Assembly (NCBI GenBank): GCA_963928055.1
Contig: CAWVDN010000001.1
Coordinates: 586,441-650,440 of the forward strand
Source of the DNA: Candidatus Scatomonas sp.
GTDB lineage: Bacteria; Bacillota; Clostridia; Lachnospirales; Lachnospiraceae
Reading direction: 5' to 3'
DNA: 64,000 nt
The notes under the pieces are model-generated. The model saw nothing but the letters and a program-made list of their open reading frames with translations, made no database searches and was not told the DNA's origin. Below are positions 38,970-48,337 of this stretch, piece after piece. Each line of letters starts with the position of its first letter. Positions within the stretch are counted from its first letter, which is position 1. Both the position numbers and the translations under genes were made by a program.

Positions 38970-39710
38970 TTACATGGCCATGCCGCCGTCTACGCACAGC
39001 ACCTGCCCGGTTATATAGGCTGCCTCCTCAGAGGCCAGGAAGGCTGCGGCCTGGGCCACATCTTCCGGTTTTCCGAATTTCTGCAGTGGGATCTCCTTTA
39101 AGGTGGCCGCCTTGGTCTCCTCCGGCAGCACCGCTGTCATCTCCGTCTCGATAAATCCGGGGGCAATGGCGTTGACCGTAATGCCCCGGGAGGCCAGTTC
39201 CTTGGCCGCGGATTTGGTAAGGCCGATGATCCCCGCTTTGGAAGCGCTGTAGTTTACCTGGCCCCCGTTGCCTCTGAGGCCTACCACGGAGGACAGATTG
39301 ATGATCCGGCCGCTTCTCTGCTTCAGCATCTGTCTGGCGGCGAAGCGGATAGTGTGGAAGGCGCCCTTCAGGTTGGTGTCCACCACCGCGTCGAAGTCCT
39401 CCTCCTTCATCTGCATCAGCAGGCCGTCTCTGGTGACGCCCGCGTTGTTTACCAGAATGTCGATGCGCTTATATTCTTTGATGATGTCCTTCATAAAGGC
39501 TTCGCAGGCTCCGTAGTCGGACACGTCGCACTGCATGGCGCAGGCTTCTCCTCCTGCCGCCTCGATTTCCTGCTTGACTGCCTCCGCCTTCTCCGCGGAG
39601 CCGTTGTAGTTCACCACCACAAAATTTCCTCTTCTGCCCAGCTCCAGGGCAATGGCTCTCCCGATCCCCCGGGACGCCCCTGTCACTACGGCAACTTTTT
39701 TCTCTGCCAT
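38970..39710 (-). CDS. fabG: 3-oxoacyl-ACP reductase
   Basis: TGASRGIG, NNAG, YSASK. Confidence 0.96.
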   Translation of the reverse strand: MAEKKVAVVTGASRGIGRAIALELGRRGNFVVVNYNGSAEKAEAVKQEIEAAGGEACAMQCDVSDYGACEAFMKDIIKEYKRIDILVNNAGVTRDGLLMQMKEEDFDAVVDTNLKGAFHTIRFAARQMLKQRSGRIINLSSVVGLRGNGGQVNYSASKAGIIGLTKSAAKELASRGITVNAIAPGFIETEMTAVLPEETKAATLKEIPLQKFGKPEDVAQAAAFLASEEAAYITGQVLCVDGGMAM

Positions 39711-39723
39711 CTTGCTCCTCCTG

Positions 39724-40644
39724 TCAGGCTAAGGCCGAAGCCACTTTTTCGATATCTCCGCAGGTGCCTACCTGATAAACCACGGCGCTGCGGTCGATCT
39801 TCCGCAGGAAGCCCGTCAGGGTCTTGCCCGGTCCGATCTCCACAAAGGTATCCACTCCGTTTGCCAGCATATACTCCATGCTCTGCTGCCAGCGCACAGA
39901 AGATGATACCTGCTGCTTCAGCAGCTCTTTGGTAAGCCGGATGTCCGTCACCGGCTCCGCCGTCACGTTGGTAACGTAGGGGATCTGCAGAGGGGTAAAT
40001 TCCACCTGGTTCAGAGTCTCCAGAAGTTTTTCTCCGGCAGGCTCCAGCATGGGGGAATGGAAAGGTCCGCTGACATTTAAGGGCAGCACTCTTCTGGCGC
40101 CCTTTTCCTTCAGCACCTGGGAAGCCTTTTCCACCGCCGCCTTCCGGCCGGTGATCACGATCTGTCCCGGACAGTTGTAGTTGGCGATCCAGGCTCCCTC
40201 GATGCCCTGCAGGCCCTCTTCAATGGCTGCGGCTTCCATGCCCAGCACAGCCGCCATGCCGCCCTCCCCTGCGGGAACCGTATCCTGCATCAGGATGCCT
40301 CTCTCCCGGACGGTGCGGATGGCATCGGCAGCGCTCATGCCGCCTGCCGCATGAATGGCGCAGTACTCGCCCAGGCTCAGTCCCGCGGTAATGTCCGGCT
40401 TCACGCCGGCCTCCTCCAGGACTTTTTCCATGGCCAGACAGGTGGTTACCAGAGCTGCCTGGGTGTACTCCGTCAGATCCAGCTTATCATTTTCCTCAAA
40501 GCAGAGGGCTTTCATATCCAGCTTCAGAAGGTCGGAGGCCATATCGTAGATCTCCGCCGCTTTGGGGTATGCTTCATAAAAATCCTTTCCCATGCCGGCG
40601 GCCTGTGCCCCCTGGCCCGGGAAGATAAATGCGGTCTTACTCAT
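39724..40644 (-). CDS. fabD: Malonyl-CoA:ACP transacylase
   Basis: FPGQGAQ, GLSLGEY, GPFHS. Confidence 0.96.
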   Translation of the reverse strand: MSKTAFIFPGQGAQAAGMGKDFYEAYPKAAEIYDMASDLLKLDMKALCFEENDKLDLTEYTQAALVTTCLAMEKVLEEAGVKPDITAGLSLGEYCAIHAAGGMSAADAIRTVRERGILMQDTVPAGEGGMAAVLGMEAAAIEEGLQGIEGAWIANYNCPGQIVITGRKAAVEKASQVLKEKGARRVLPLNVSGPFHSPMLEPAGEKLLETLNQVEFTPLQIPYVTNVTAEPVTDIRLTKELLKQQVSSSVRWQQSMEYMLANGVDTFVEIGPGKTLTGFLRKIDRSAVVYQVGTCGDIEKVASALA

Positions 40645-41575
40645 AGATTCCGGTTCCTTTCATGAGTTTATCAGTTTCTGTTACCAGACGGTCGATGATC
40701 TCCTGGCAGGTGGGGATGTCCCGGATCATGCCGGCGATCTGTCCGGACATAAGACTTCCGGTCTTGGTGTCGCCCTCCTGCACCGCCCGGCGCAGGCCGC
40801 CTACGGTCAGGCCTTCCAGCTCCTCAAAGGAGGCTCCCTTCTTCTCCAGCTCCAGGTACTCCTTGGTCACTGCGTTCCGGAGAACCCGCACCGGATGGCC
40901 GGTGCTTCTGCCGGTGACTCTGGTATCGATATCTTTTGCTTTCACAATGTAGTCTTTGTAGTTCTGATGCACCACCGCCTCTTTAGAAGCCACGAACCGG
41001 GTGCCCAGCTGTACGCCTTTGGCTCCCAGCATAAAGGCTGCCGCGATGCCCCTGCCGTCAGCAATGCCGCCGGCTGCGATCACCGGGATCTTCACCGCGT
41101 CCACTACCTGAGGAACCAGTACCATGGTCGTGGTCTCGCCGATGTGTCCGCCGGACTCGGTTCCTTCCGCCACCACGGCGTCCACTCCGGCCCGCTCCAT
41201 CATTTTGGCCAGAGCCACGGAAGCTACTACCGGGATCACGCAGATGCCTGCTTCCTTCCAGGAAGCCAGATACTTGCCGGGATTTCCCGCGCCGGTGGTA
41301 ACCACCTTCACCCCTTCCTCGGCCACTACTTTCGCCACATCGTCCGCGTAGGGGCTCATGAGCATGATGTTCACGCCGAAGGGTTTATCTGTCAGTTCTT
41401 TGGCCTTGCGGATCTCCTCACGGACCCACTCCGCCGGAGCGTTGGCCGCTCCGATCAGTCCCAGACCGCCTGCCTCGGACACTGCCGCGGCCAGATGATG
41501 CTCCGCCACCCAGGCCATACCGCCCTGGATGATCGGATACTTGATTTCCAGCAACTTTGTCACTTCCGTCTGCAT
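40637..41575 (-). CDS. fabK: Enoyl-ACP reductase II
   Basis: PIIQGGMAW, EGTESGGH, AAGGIADG. Confidence 0.95.
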   Translation of the reverse strand: MQTEVTKLLEIKYPIIQGGMAWVAEHHLAAAVSEAGGLGLIGAANAPAEWVREEIRKAKELTDKPFGVNIMLMSPYADDVAKVVAEEGVKVVTTGAGNPGKYLASWKEAGICVIPVVASVALAKMMERAGVDAVVAEGTESGGHIGETTTMVLVPQVVDAVKIPVIAAGGIADGRGIAAAFMLGAKGVQLGTRFVASKEAVVHQNYKDYIVKAKDIDTRVTGRSTGHPVRVLRNAVTKEYLELEKKGASFEELEGLTVGGLRRAVQEGDTKTGSLMSGQIAGMIRDIPTCQEIIDRLVTETDKLMKGTGIYE

Positions 41576-41620
41576 TGTGATAACCTCTCTCTTTCTATAT
41601 TAATTTTGTTGTTTCCTCTC

Positions 41621-42574
41621 TTACCACTCCAGATAAGCGGCTCCCCAGGTAAGGCCTCCGCCGAAGCCGACCATCACCAGCTTGTCGCCTTTTTTGAACC
41701 GTCCTGCCCGGTTCAGCTCATCCAGCAGGATGGGCACGCTGGCGGAAGAGGTATTTCCATATTCATGCATGTTCATGGGGAACTTCTCCAGGGGCAGCTT
41801 CATCTTCTTCACCGCCGCCTCCACGATCCGGGCGTTGGCCTGGTGGAGCACAAAGGTGTCGATGTCATTGGCTGTGATGGGAAGCTTTTCCATAAGCTCC
41901 CTGACTACCTCCGGGATCCGCTTCACGGCAAACATAAAGATTTCCTTGCCGTCCATGGTCATATTATAGGCTTCCTCCGGCAGTCCCTGGGTGTAGGGAG
42001 TTGCCTTGGCCAGGGCCTCGCCCCGGGAGCCGTCGGAATGCAGCACGCACTCAAAAGGCGCCTCCGGATCCGCCTGAAGCACTGCTGCTCCCGCTCCGTC
42101 TCCGAAAAGGATGCAGGTACTCCGGTCCGTCCAGTTTACCAGATTGGAAAGGCTTTCCGCTCCGATGATCAGGATGGTCTTGTAGATCCCGCCGCGGATA
42201 AAGGCCTGGGCAGTACAGTAGGCGTACACGAAACCGCTGCAGGCAGCGTTCAGGTCATAGCACACCGCGTTTTTGGCCCCGATCATTTCCTGGACCTGGC
42301 AGGCCACACAGGGCACTACCGCGTTGGGGGAGGCGGTGGAAAGGATGATCATGTCGATCTCCTCCGGGGAAATGCCGCTCATCTCCAGGGCTTTCTTTGA
42401 AGCCTCCGCCGACATGGTGGCTGTGGATTCCTCTCCGGAAATAATGTGCCGTCTGGCGATTCCCGTGCGCTCCTGGATCCAGGCATCGTTGGTCTCCACC
42501 ATCTGGGCCAGGTCATCGTTGGTCAGTACTTTGCCGGGTACATAGGAGCCCGTGCCGCATATTCTTCCATTCAT
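41621..42574 (-). CDS. fabH: 3-oxoacyl-ACP synthase III
   Basis: NAACSGF, HQAN, GNTSSAS. Confidence 0.96.
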   Translation of the reverse strand: MNGRICGTGSYVPGKVLTNDDLAQMVETNDAWIQERTGIARRHIISGEESTATMSAEASKKALEMSGISPEEIDMIILSTASPNAVVPCVACQVQEMIGAKNAVCYDLNAACSGFVYAYCTAQAFIRGGIYKTILIIGAESLSNLVNWTDRSTCILFGDGAGAAVLQADPEAPFECVLHSDGSRGEALAKATPYTQGLPEEAYNMTMDGKEIFMFAVKRIPEVVRELMEKLPITANDIDTFVLHQANARIVEAAVKKMKLPLEKFPMNMHEYGNTSSASVPILLDELNRAGRFKKGDKLVMVGFGGGLTWGAAYLEW

Positions 42575-42605
42575 ACTGATTCTCCATTTATTTTTAATCT
42601 AAAAT

Positions 42606-42647
42606 AGTTTGACTACTAAAGTATATAATATTTCTTTGGATTGTCAA
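42606..42647 (-). promoter_or_regulatory. fab operon promoter (TTGACA-16-TATACT) with an adjacent FabT-like palindrome
   Basis: TTGACA at 42647-42642; AGTTTGACTACTAAAGT imperfect palindrome at 42606-42622. Confidence 0.65.
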
Positions 42648-42674
42648 GCGGAATTCTGCACAAAACTGAATTAT

Positions 42675-42709
42675 AAAAAAACAGACTTCCCATTTCTGAA
42701 AAGTCTGTT
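42675..42709 (-). terminator. Terminator after the DHHW gene
   Basis: AACAGACTT/AAGTCTGTT stem followed by a T run. Confidence 0.75.
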
Positions 42710-42738
42710 TGTCTGATCCCGAATCTTCTTCCGTTCTT

Positions 42739-44121
42739 TCAGCCTTCCGGGAACAGGGCCAGCATCTTGCCGCTGCTGCTCTCTGAAAGAGCGTCCGCGT
42801 TATTTACAAAGATCACATCCTGCACACTGTTTTCCCGGATGAACTGGGTCAGGTTCCCGGTGTAATACCGGTAGTCCACCACGTACACGTTCTGGTAGTG
42901 ATCCACCAGCCAGGGAACGAAGGCGTTGCCGTAGGATTCCTTTACCACCACGCAGGAAGATCCATCCTGGATCTGGGGATTGGTGATCCGGGTAAAGGGA
43001 TTGTCGCCGCCGATAAAGCAGCTGTATTTGGCGCCCTCCCCATAATCGCTCACATCGCTGACCACAAACCACTGCAGGGTTCCCCCTTCCGCCTGCTGGA
43101 TCTCCGCGTCGTTGGTTCCCATGGGGATGTAGGCTTCCACGGTATCCGAGTGATCTCCCAGGGCTGCCGACTGATTGCTGTAGGCGTAAAAGGTCCCCAG
43201 GAACCCCGGGTATTCCCTCTTCTCGAATTCAGACAGCTCGTGGGGCTGGATGCCTTTCTGCTCCGCGAAGACCCGGTAGGCGTAGTAGGCCCCCAGGGCC
43301 GTCCAGTGATGGTCCGTGCGGTAATACAGGTACTCCGCGTTGTGCCGGATCAGTTCCTCCATAACGTCCACCCGGCGCACCGCCGGATCCAGCCGGCTGT
43401 AAATATACGCAAAAGCGTTTTTTTCAAGGGAACCGCCCATTTTTTCCTGAATGGATTCGTCCAGACAGACGCCGAAGCTGGTGGGTGCCAGCAGATCGTA
43501 GACTGCGGCGCTCCCTCCCAGACGTGCCTGGACCGTATTGAGCATGGAGGCGTAGGCGTCGGCGCCCCCCTGATTAAAGTAATAGATCTCAAAAGCGGTG
43601 TCTCCGGAAAGATACACATCCCCGGCCATCTCCGGCTCCTGATGAATGGTGCCGTCTTCCAGGGCCTGGGTGGGTTCCGGAGTCTGCTCTGGTCCTGCTT
43701 CCGCTTCCGGTTCCGGCGTCGCCGTGATTACCGGGGCCGGCGTTGTTTCCTGGCCGATCTCCGGCACTTTGTCGCCGGTGGCGTCGGAATGGTTCAGCAG
43801 CTGCTCGCCCTGTACCCCGTACAGCCGCTCAAAGCGGGAAGCTCCGCCGATCAGGGATTCCCGCAGCGGATAGGTATCGGAATACCAGGTGCTTACCCCC
43901 TCAAACCAGGAGCCGTCCCAGAGACCGGAGGCCGTAAGCGCCGGAAACTCCTCCAGCTTCCGCTTCTCCAGCTCTGAGCGCTGGGGCCGCAGGGGCAGGC
44001 AGAGACCTACCGCGGTTCCAAGAGCCAGGATCACCGCAAAAACCCGCGCGCCTGCGGCACTGACCTTTTTCTTCAGACGTTTGCATCTCTTATAATAATG
44101 TTTCAAATGTTCTCTGTTCAT
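42739..44121 (-). CDS. DHHW family (AlgX/AlgJ-like) O-acetyltransferase partner
   Basis: RTDHHWT, KESYGN, one N-terminal TM segment. Confidence 0.85.
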   Translation of the reverse strand: MNREHLKHYYKRCKRLKKKVSAAGARVFAVILALGTAVGLCLPLRPQRSELEKRKLEEFPALTASGLWDGSWFEGVSTWYSDTYPLRESLIGGASRFERLYGVQGEQLLNHSDATGDKVPEIGQETTPAPVITATPEPEAEAGPEQTPEPTQALEDGTIHQEPEMAGDVYLSGDTAFEIYYFNQGGADAYASMLNTVQARLGGSAAVYDLLAPTSFGVCLDESIQEKMGGSLEKNAFAYIYSRLDPAVRRVDVMEELIRHNAEYLYYRTDHHWTALGAYYAYRVFAEQKGIQPHELSEFEKREYPGFLGTFYAYSNQSAALGDHSDTVEAYIPMGTNDAEIQQAEGGTLQWFVVSDVSDYGEGAKYSCFIGGDNPFTRITNPQIQDGSSCVVVKESYGNAFVPWLVDHYQNVYVVDYRYYTGNLTQFIRENSVQDVIFVNNADALSESSSGKMLALFPEG

Positions 44122-44156
44122 CTTCTTATTAACACTCGGCCTCCGCCGCCTTCCGC

Positions 44157-45584
44157 TTAAAATTGGTCATACAGAAAAGGCGTGTAACTGTTTCCCGCCA
44201 GCAGCATGGAAGAGATCACCAGCAGGGCTGCCGCCCCGGCAATGGCTGCTCCCCGGAGCAGCGCGAAGTTGATCCGCCTGCTCTTCATATAAGAATACAG
44301 GTAATTGACCAGCCTTTTCCAGAGGGGCGTCACTGCCAGCACCGCCACGATCAGGAACAGAAAATTGTTCCGCAGGGTCAGGGCTGCCGCTGCGCCGCCG
44401 TAGCCCCTTCCGTTCAGGCCCAGCAGGCCCCGGAAGGCCTGGCCCATGGAGGCAAAGTTTTCAAAACGGAAAAAGATCCAGCCAAAGAACACTACCGCCA
44501 GGGTATAGATCCGTCCCAGGGCTTCCGGCATCCGAAAGTTTCTGCGCCTCCAGTAGTTTTCCAGGACCACAAAAGCAAAATAGTAAAGCCCCCAGAACAC
44601 AAAATTCCAGCTGGCCCCGTGCCACAGTCCGGTAAGGGCCCAGACGACCAGCAGGTTCAGGGTGGTACGCTTCACGCTGCAGCGGCTCCCTCCCAGGGGA
44701 AAATATACGTAATCCCGGAAGAAGAAGCTTAAGGTCCTGTGCCACCTGGTCCAGAAATCCTTCACCGACACAGCCATGTAGGGATAGTGAAAGTTTTCCG
44801 GATAATGGAAGCCGATCATACGTCCCAGGCCAATGGCCATATCTGTATAGGCGGAAAAATCCAGGTAGATCTGCAGCATATAGCAGAGAGAGCCCAGCCA
44901 GGCCCCCGCCGCGGGGGCGGAAGCCGCGTTGGACAGAGGCAGGAAGGTCTCCGCCAGTTTCCCGCAGTGATCCGCCAGAATGGCTTTCTTTCCCAGGCCC
45001 ACGCTGAAGCGGAGCATCCCCTCCGTGAAGTGGTACCAGCCTCCCTGGCGCTGGGTCAGTTCCTGGCGCATCTCCCCGTAACGCGCAATGGGGCCCTGCA
45101 GACTCTGATGGAAAATACTGGTGTACAGAAGCAGCAGCCAGTAATTATCCTGGGCCTTTTCCTCTCCTCTGTAAATATCTACTATATAAGAAATCAGTTT
45201 AAAGGTATAGAAGGAGATCCCCAGGGGCAGGGCAAACTTCCCCGCGCCCTCCGGCAGATGGAAAAGCGCCCCGAAGGTCCCCAGGAAAAACCCTGTGTAC
45301 TTGAAGATCCCCAGCACTGCCAGGAACAGGACCAGGGAAAAGATCAGCCAGTTCTTCCGCCTTCTGTCCTCCCGGGGATATTTTTCTATCTGCCGACCGC
45401 AGATCCAGCCGGCGGCAGTCATGGCCATCAGCAGCAGCAGATAGCGCACTCCTCCCCAGCAGTAGAAGATCAGCGACGCCGCCAGAAGAACGAGATTCTT
45501 TTTCCGGATCCCGGAAACCCGGTAATACACCAGCAAAAATACCGGCAGAAAGAAAAAGAGAAAAAATAAACTGGAAAAACTCAT
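44157..45584 (-). CDS. MBOAT family O-acyltransferase (AlgI-like)
   Basis: LPLGISFYTF, YLDFSAY, ENFHYPY, FWTRWH, GLWHG. Confidence 0.93.
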   Translation of the reverse strand: MSFSSLFFLFFFLPVFLLVYYRVSGIRKKNLVLLAASLIFYCWGGVRYLLLLMAMTAAGWICGRQIEKYPREDRRRKNWLIFSLVLFLAVLGIFKYTGFFLGTFGALFHLPEGAGKFALPLGISFYTFKLISYIVDIYRGEEKAQDNYWLLLLYTSIFHQSLQGPIARYGEMRQELTQRQGGWYHFTEGMLRFSVGLGKKAILADHCGKLAETFLPLSNAASAPAAGAWLGSLCYMLQIYLDFSAYTDMAIGLGRMIGFHYPENFHYPYMAVSVKDFWTRWHRTLSFFFRDYVYFPLGGSRCSVKRTTLNLLVVWALTGLWHGASWNFVFWGLYYFAFVVLENYWRRRNFRMPEALGRIYTLAVVFFGWIFFRFENFASMGQAFRGLLGLNGRGYGGAAAALTLRNNFLFLIVAVLAVTPLWKRLVNYLYSYMKSRRINFALLRGAAIAGAAALLVISSMLLAGNSYTPFLYDQF

Positions 45585-45694
45585 AGAAGCCCCTTTGCCT
45601 GTACTGTATTTTTTACAGGAAGACGCCTCCCCGGAGCCTTCCTGCCTGATTCGCGTTCAGAAGCCGGCAGAGTGCCGGCTTCGCTATAAGATTC

Positions 45695-45722
45695 ATTATA
45701 CTGGTCTTTCTACTTATGTCAA
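45695..45722 (-). promoter_or_regulatory. Sigma70-type promoter of the MBOAT-DHHW operon
   Basis: TTGACA-16-TATAAT, both hexamers match consensus. Confidence 0.65.
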
Positions 45723-45770
45723 CAATTAACGACAAATTTCTCCCCTGTTTCCCATCTTTTAAAAAATAAA

Positions 45771-47491
45771 GGTTGAATGAAAAAGTAACTGCAACCAAGT
45801 AGAAACCATTAAAAAATCAGTAGGTTTTGAAAATGTTATTGCAGTCAGGAACTGAAATTTCCCAGTAAGACTGGCTATCTTTTGATATTTTTATTATACT
45901 TAAGAAGCAGGAAATATGATGGGATTCGCTTTTTCAGGTATCACAAAAAGACGGCTGAGTTACTTTTGCAGAAGTAACTGCTACCCGTCAAACAGTACTT
46001 TAATGACGCCTGTACCCGAAGCTAATGTTGTTTGTCTATTTTAAGAGTGACGGCTTTAGTATCACCTGATCAGCCGATATACTGGTCAGACAACAGAGTT
46101 CTATCAGTTTCTTATCCAATAGCATCTGAGCCAGTTCAAATGGGGTGTGGCCATTTAAACTGGCTCTTGCTGTGCTGTTGATATGGTTTGCCATCCGTGT
46201 GGCGTCTTCCTGGGTAAGACCTGAAAAATGGCTGCCTTTTGGAAGGACATAACGGATGAACTCATGATTCTTTTCTAATCTTCCTTTTTGCCAGGATGCC
46301 ATGGGGTCACAGTAGTATATATGTGTAGTTTCTCCATTCCCGTTTTCCCGTTCAAAGATTCTCGGATCCTTAAAAGCAGAGCCGTTGTCTGTGAGGATCA
46401 CAGGGAACAGCTGCCCATAGGATATGGCTCCCAGTCCGTCATAAAGGAAATCAAAGACCTCTTCGATATATTCTCTGCGATCAGCGGGAAGCAGGAAGAC
46501 CAGCATAAGCAGGCAGCTCCGGAACAAAAGTGTCAGAAAAACCTTTCCGTCTTTTCCGCCGGCCCCTTCTACAACGTCCATTTCTACTACGGAAAAGTCC
46601 GGGTGCTGTGCCATATAAAGTTCAAAATTAGCATAGGTACGCCCTTTCCTATAACCGGGGACTTCTCTGTCACCACGGCGTTTCTGCCGGGGCTTATAGC
46701 GTACTTTTCGAGGAAGATCCAGATTAATGGCAGAAAAAAGGTTCTGGTCGATATAGTTGTATAAAGTCCTCTGGGAACAGCCGATCAGCTCTTTGTGGGA
46801 AAGATAGATATGGGAAAGGGGCTGCCCCTGTTTTAAAAGCGGAGAAATGAGCTTGTCCAGCTGTTCCAGGGATTCCGGGGTCTGGTTGATGCCGCTGCGG
46901 GAAGAAGATTTGACTTCGTGATAGGCGTCATCTGCATATTTTGCCCGATAGAAAAAGAAATCATGAGAACAGGAGCGCAGTTTTGGGCATTTGTTACAGA
47001 CATAAGGCGGCTTTTTGAGAAGGGGGCATATTTTAGGAATGAAGCTTTTACAGTAAAGCGTACAGCGCTTGCTGCGGCATTTGGAGCAAAAGGCCTCACA
47101 GTGTGGGCGTCCACATAGGCCTTTCACCGTGCAGGAGCCAAACTGTTCACATTCCGAACGCTTCCTTGCCATTTCTGTGGAATAATGGTGCATAACAGAG
47201 CGGTGCCTGCATACCTCCCTTGAAATAGTTGTAGCAGACCGGCCAAGTTCTGCAGCAATCTGGGAGAAACTCCTTCTTTCTTCCAGAAGGGCTTCAATAC
47301 GGATCCGTTCAGAGAGAGTCAAATGTTTCATAAAGAACCTCCAATCTGCTTCGGGTCTAGGTTCAGATAGGAGTATCATAAAGCATTGCAGGAGTAAATG
47401 CTACCCCTGTTTTGCAGGACTTACTGCAATGGCAAATGCAATAGAAGGTATTTTGGTTATCAAAAACTTGCAGTTACTTTTTCATTTAACC
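45771..47491 (-). mobile_element. IS30-family insertion sequence, 1721 bp
   Basis: 23-bp IRs (GGTT[G/A]AATGAAAAAGTAACTGCA, 1 mismatch); 13-bp direct repeat TTTAAAAAATAAA at 45758-45770 and 47492-47504. Confidence 0.93.
46036..47331 (-). CDS. IS30-family transposase with a Cys-rich insert
   Basis: MKHLTLSER...TTISRE HTH; EMDVVEG, ILTDNGSAF, WQKGRLEKNH DDE motifs. Confidence 0.93.
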   Translation of the reverse strand: MKHLTLSERIRIEALLEERRSFSQIAAELGRSATTISREVCRHRSVMHHYSTEMARKRSECEQFGSCTVKGLCGRPHCEAFCSKCRSKRCTLYCKSFIPKICPLLKKPPYVCNKCPKLRSCSHDFFFYRAKYADDAYHEVKSSSRSGINQTPESLEQLDKLISPLLKQGQPLSHIYLSHKELIGCSQRTLYNYIDQNLFSAINLDLPRKVRYKPRQKRRGDREVPGYRKGRTYANFELYMAQHPDFSVVEMDVVEGAGGKDGKVFLTLLFRSCLLMLVFLLPADRREYIEEVFDFLYDGLGAISYGQLFPVILTDNGSAFKDPRIFERENGNGETTHIYYCDPMASWQKGRLEKNHEFIRYVLPKGSHFSGLTQEDATRMANHINSTARASLNGHTPFELAQMLLDKKLIELCCLTSISADQVILKPSLLK

Positions 47492-47672
47492 TTTAAAAAA
47501 TAAACAAAAATTCCTTGTTTTCCATGTGTTTTTTCGTACGATTTATTTCTGTCTGTGTGTTATAATACACTTGTAACAAGAAATCGCCTTTGACACGAAC
47601 CGGAGCAGGAAACGCGTCTTGTTCCCGCGCCAGTCCGCCTGCCGGGCATTCAGATTTTGGAGGAAAAGACAA

Positions 47673-48254
47673 ATGAATACTTTGAAAGCTGAAAAAAGAG
47701 ACATGAGTGTAAAGGCAAAAAAACTGAGAAGAGAAGGGTATGTTACCGGAAACTTATTTGGCCGTGAGATCAGCGGTTCCGTTCCCCTGAAGATCGAAAA
47801 AGCCGCCGCCGAAAAGCTTCTGAAGACCAATGGCAAAGGCAGCCAGATCCTGCTGGATGTGGATGGCGCCGTCCACGATGTCCTCATCAAGGAAGTTCAG
47901 TACGATTCCATGAAAAATCAGATCGATGAGATGGATTTCCAGGCCCTGGTAAAGGGCGAAAAGGTTCATTCCACAGCGGAGATCTTCCTGCTCAATCACG
48001 AGATGGTCAACACCGGCGTGGTACAGCAGCTGCTTCACGAGATCGCCTACAAAACGGATCCTGCCCATCTGGTAGACAAGATCGAGGTGGATGTGAGCGG
48101 CATGAAAGCCGGAGATATCCTGAAGGTAAAAGATCTCGCCATCGCCAGAGACGAGAACATTGATCTGCAGACCGATCCGGAAGCGGATGTGGTCACGGTA
48201 ACCGAAGTCCACGCGGCTTCTGAAGCGGAAGAAGACACTGAGGAGAACGCTTAA
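47673..48254 (+). CDS. rplY: 50S ribosomal protein L25 (Ctc-type)
   Basis: KAKKLRREGYV, VLIKEVQYD, MDF; GGAGG RBS. Confidence 0.92.
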   Translation: MNTLKAEKRDMSVKAKKLRREGYVTGNLFGREISGSVPLKIEKAAAEKLLKTNGKGSQILLDVDGAVHDVLIKEVQYDSMKNQIDEMDFQALVKGEKVHSTAEIFLLNHEMVNTGVVQQLLHEIAYKTDPAHLVDKIEVDVSGMKAGDILKVKDLAIARDENIDLQTDPEADVVTVTEVHAASEAEEDTEENA

Positions 48255-48273
48255 GCCCGCCGGGGTTTTGAGT

Positions 48274-48324
48274 AAAAAGAGGATTGGCACAACGGCTTTG
48301 AGCCGGTGCCGATCCTCTTTTTTT
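48274..48324. terminator. Bidirectional terminator between rplY and nadA
   Basis: AAAAAGAGGATTGGCAC...GTGCCGATCCTCTTTTTTT. Confidence 0.85.
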
Positions 48325-48337
48325 CAGGGAGAAAATC

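Noticed and set aside
45590-45690. GC-rich hairpin (GAAGCCGGC/GCCGGCTTC) in the MBOAT leader as a riboswitch
   Set aside because: No recognisable riboswitch consensus motifs
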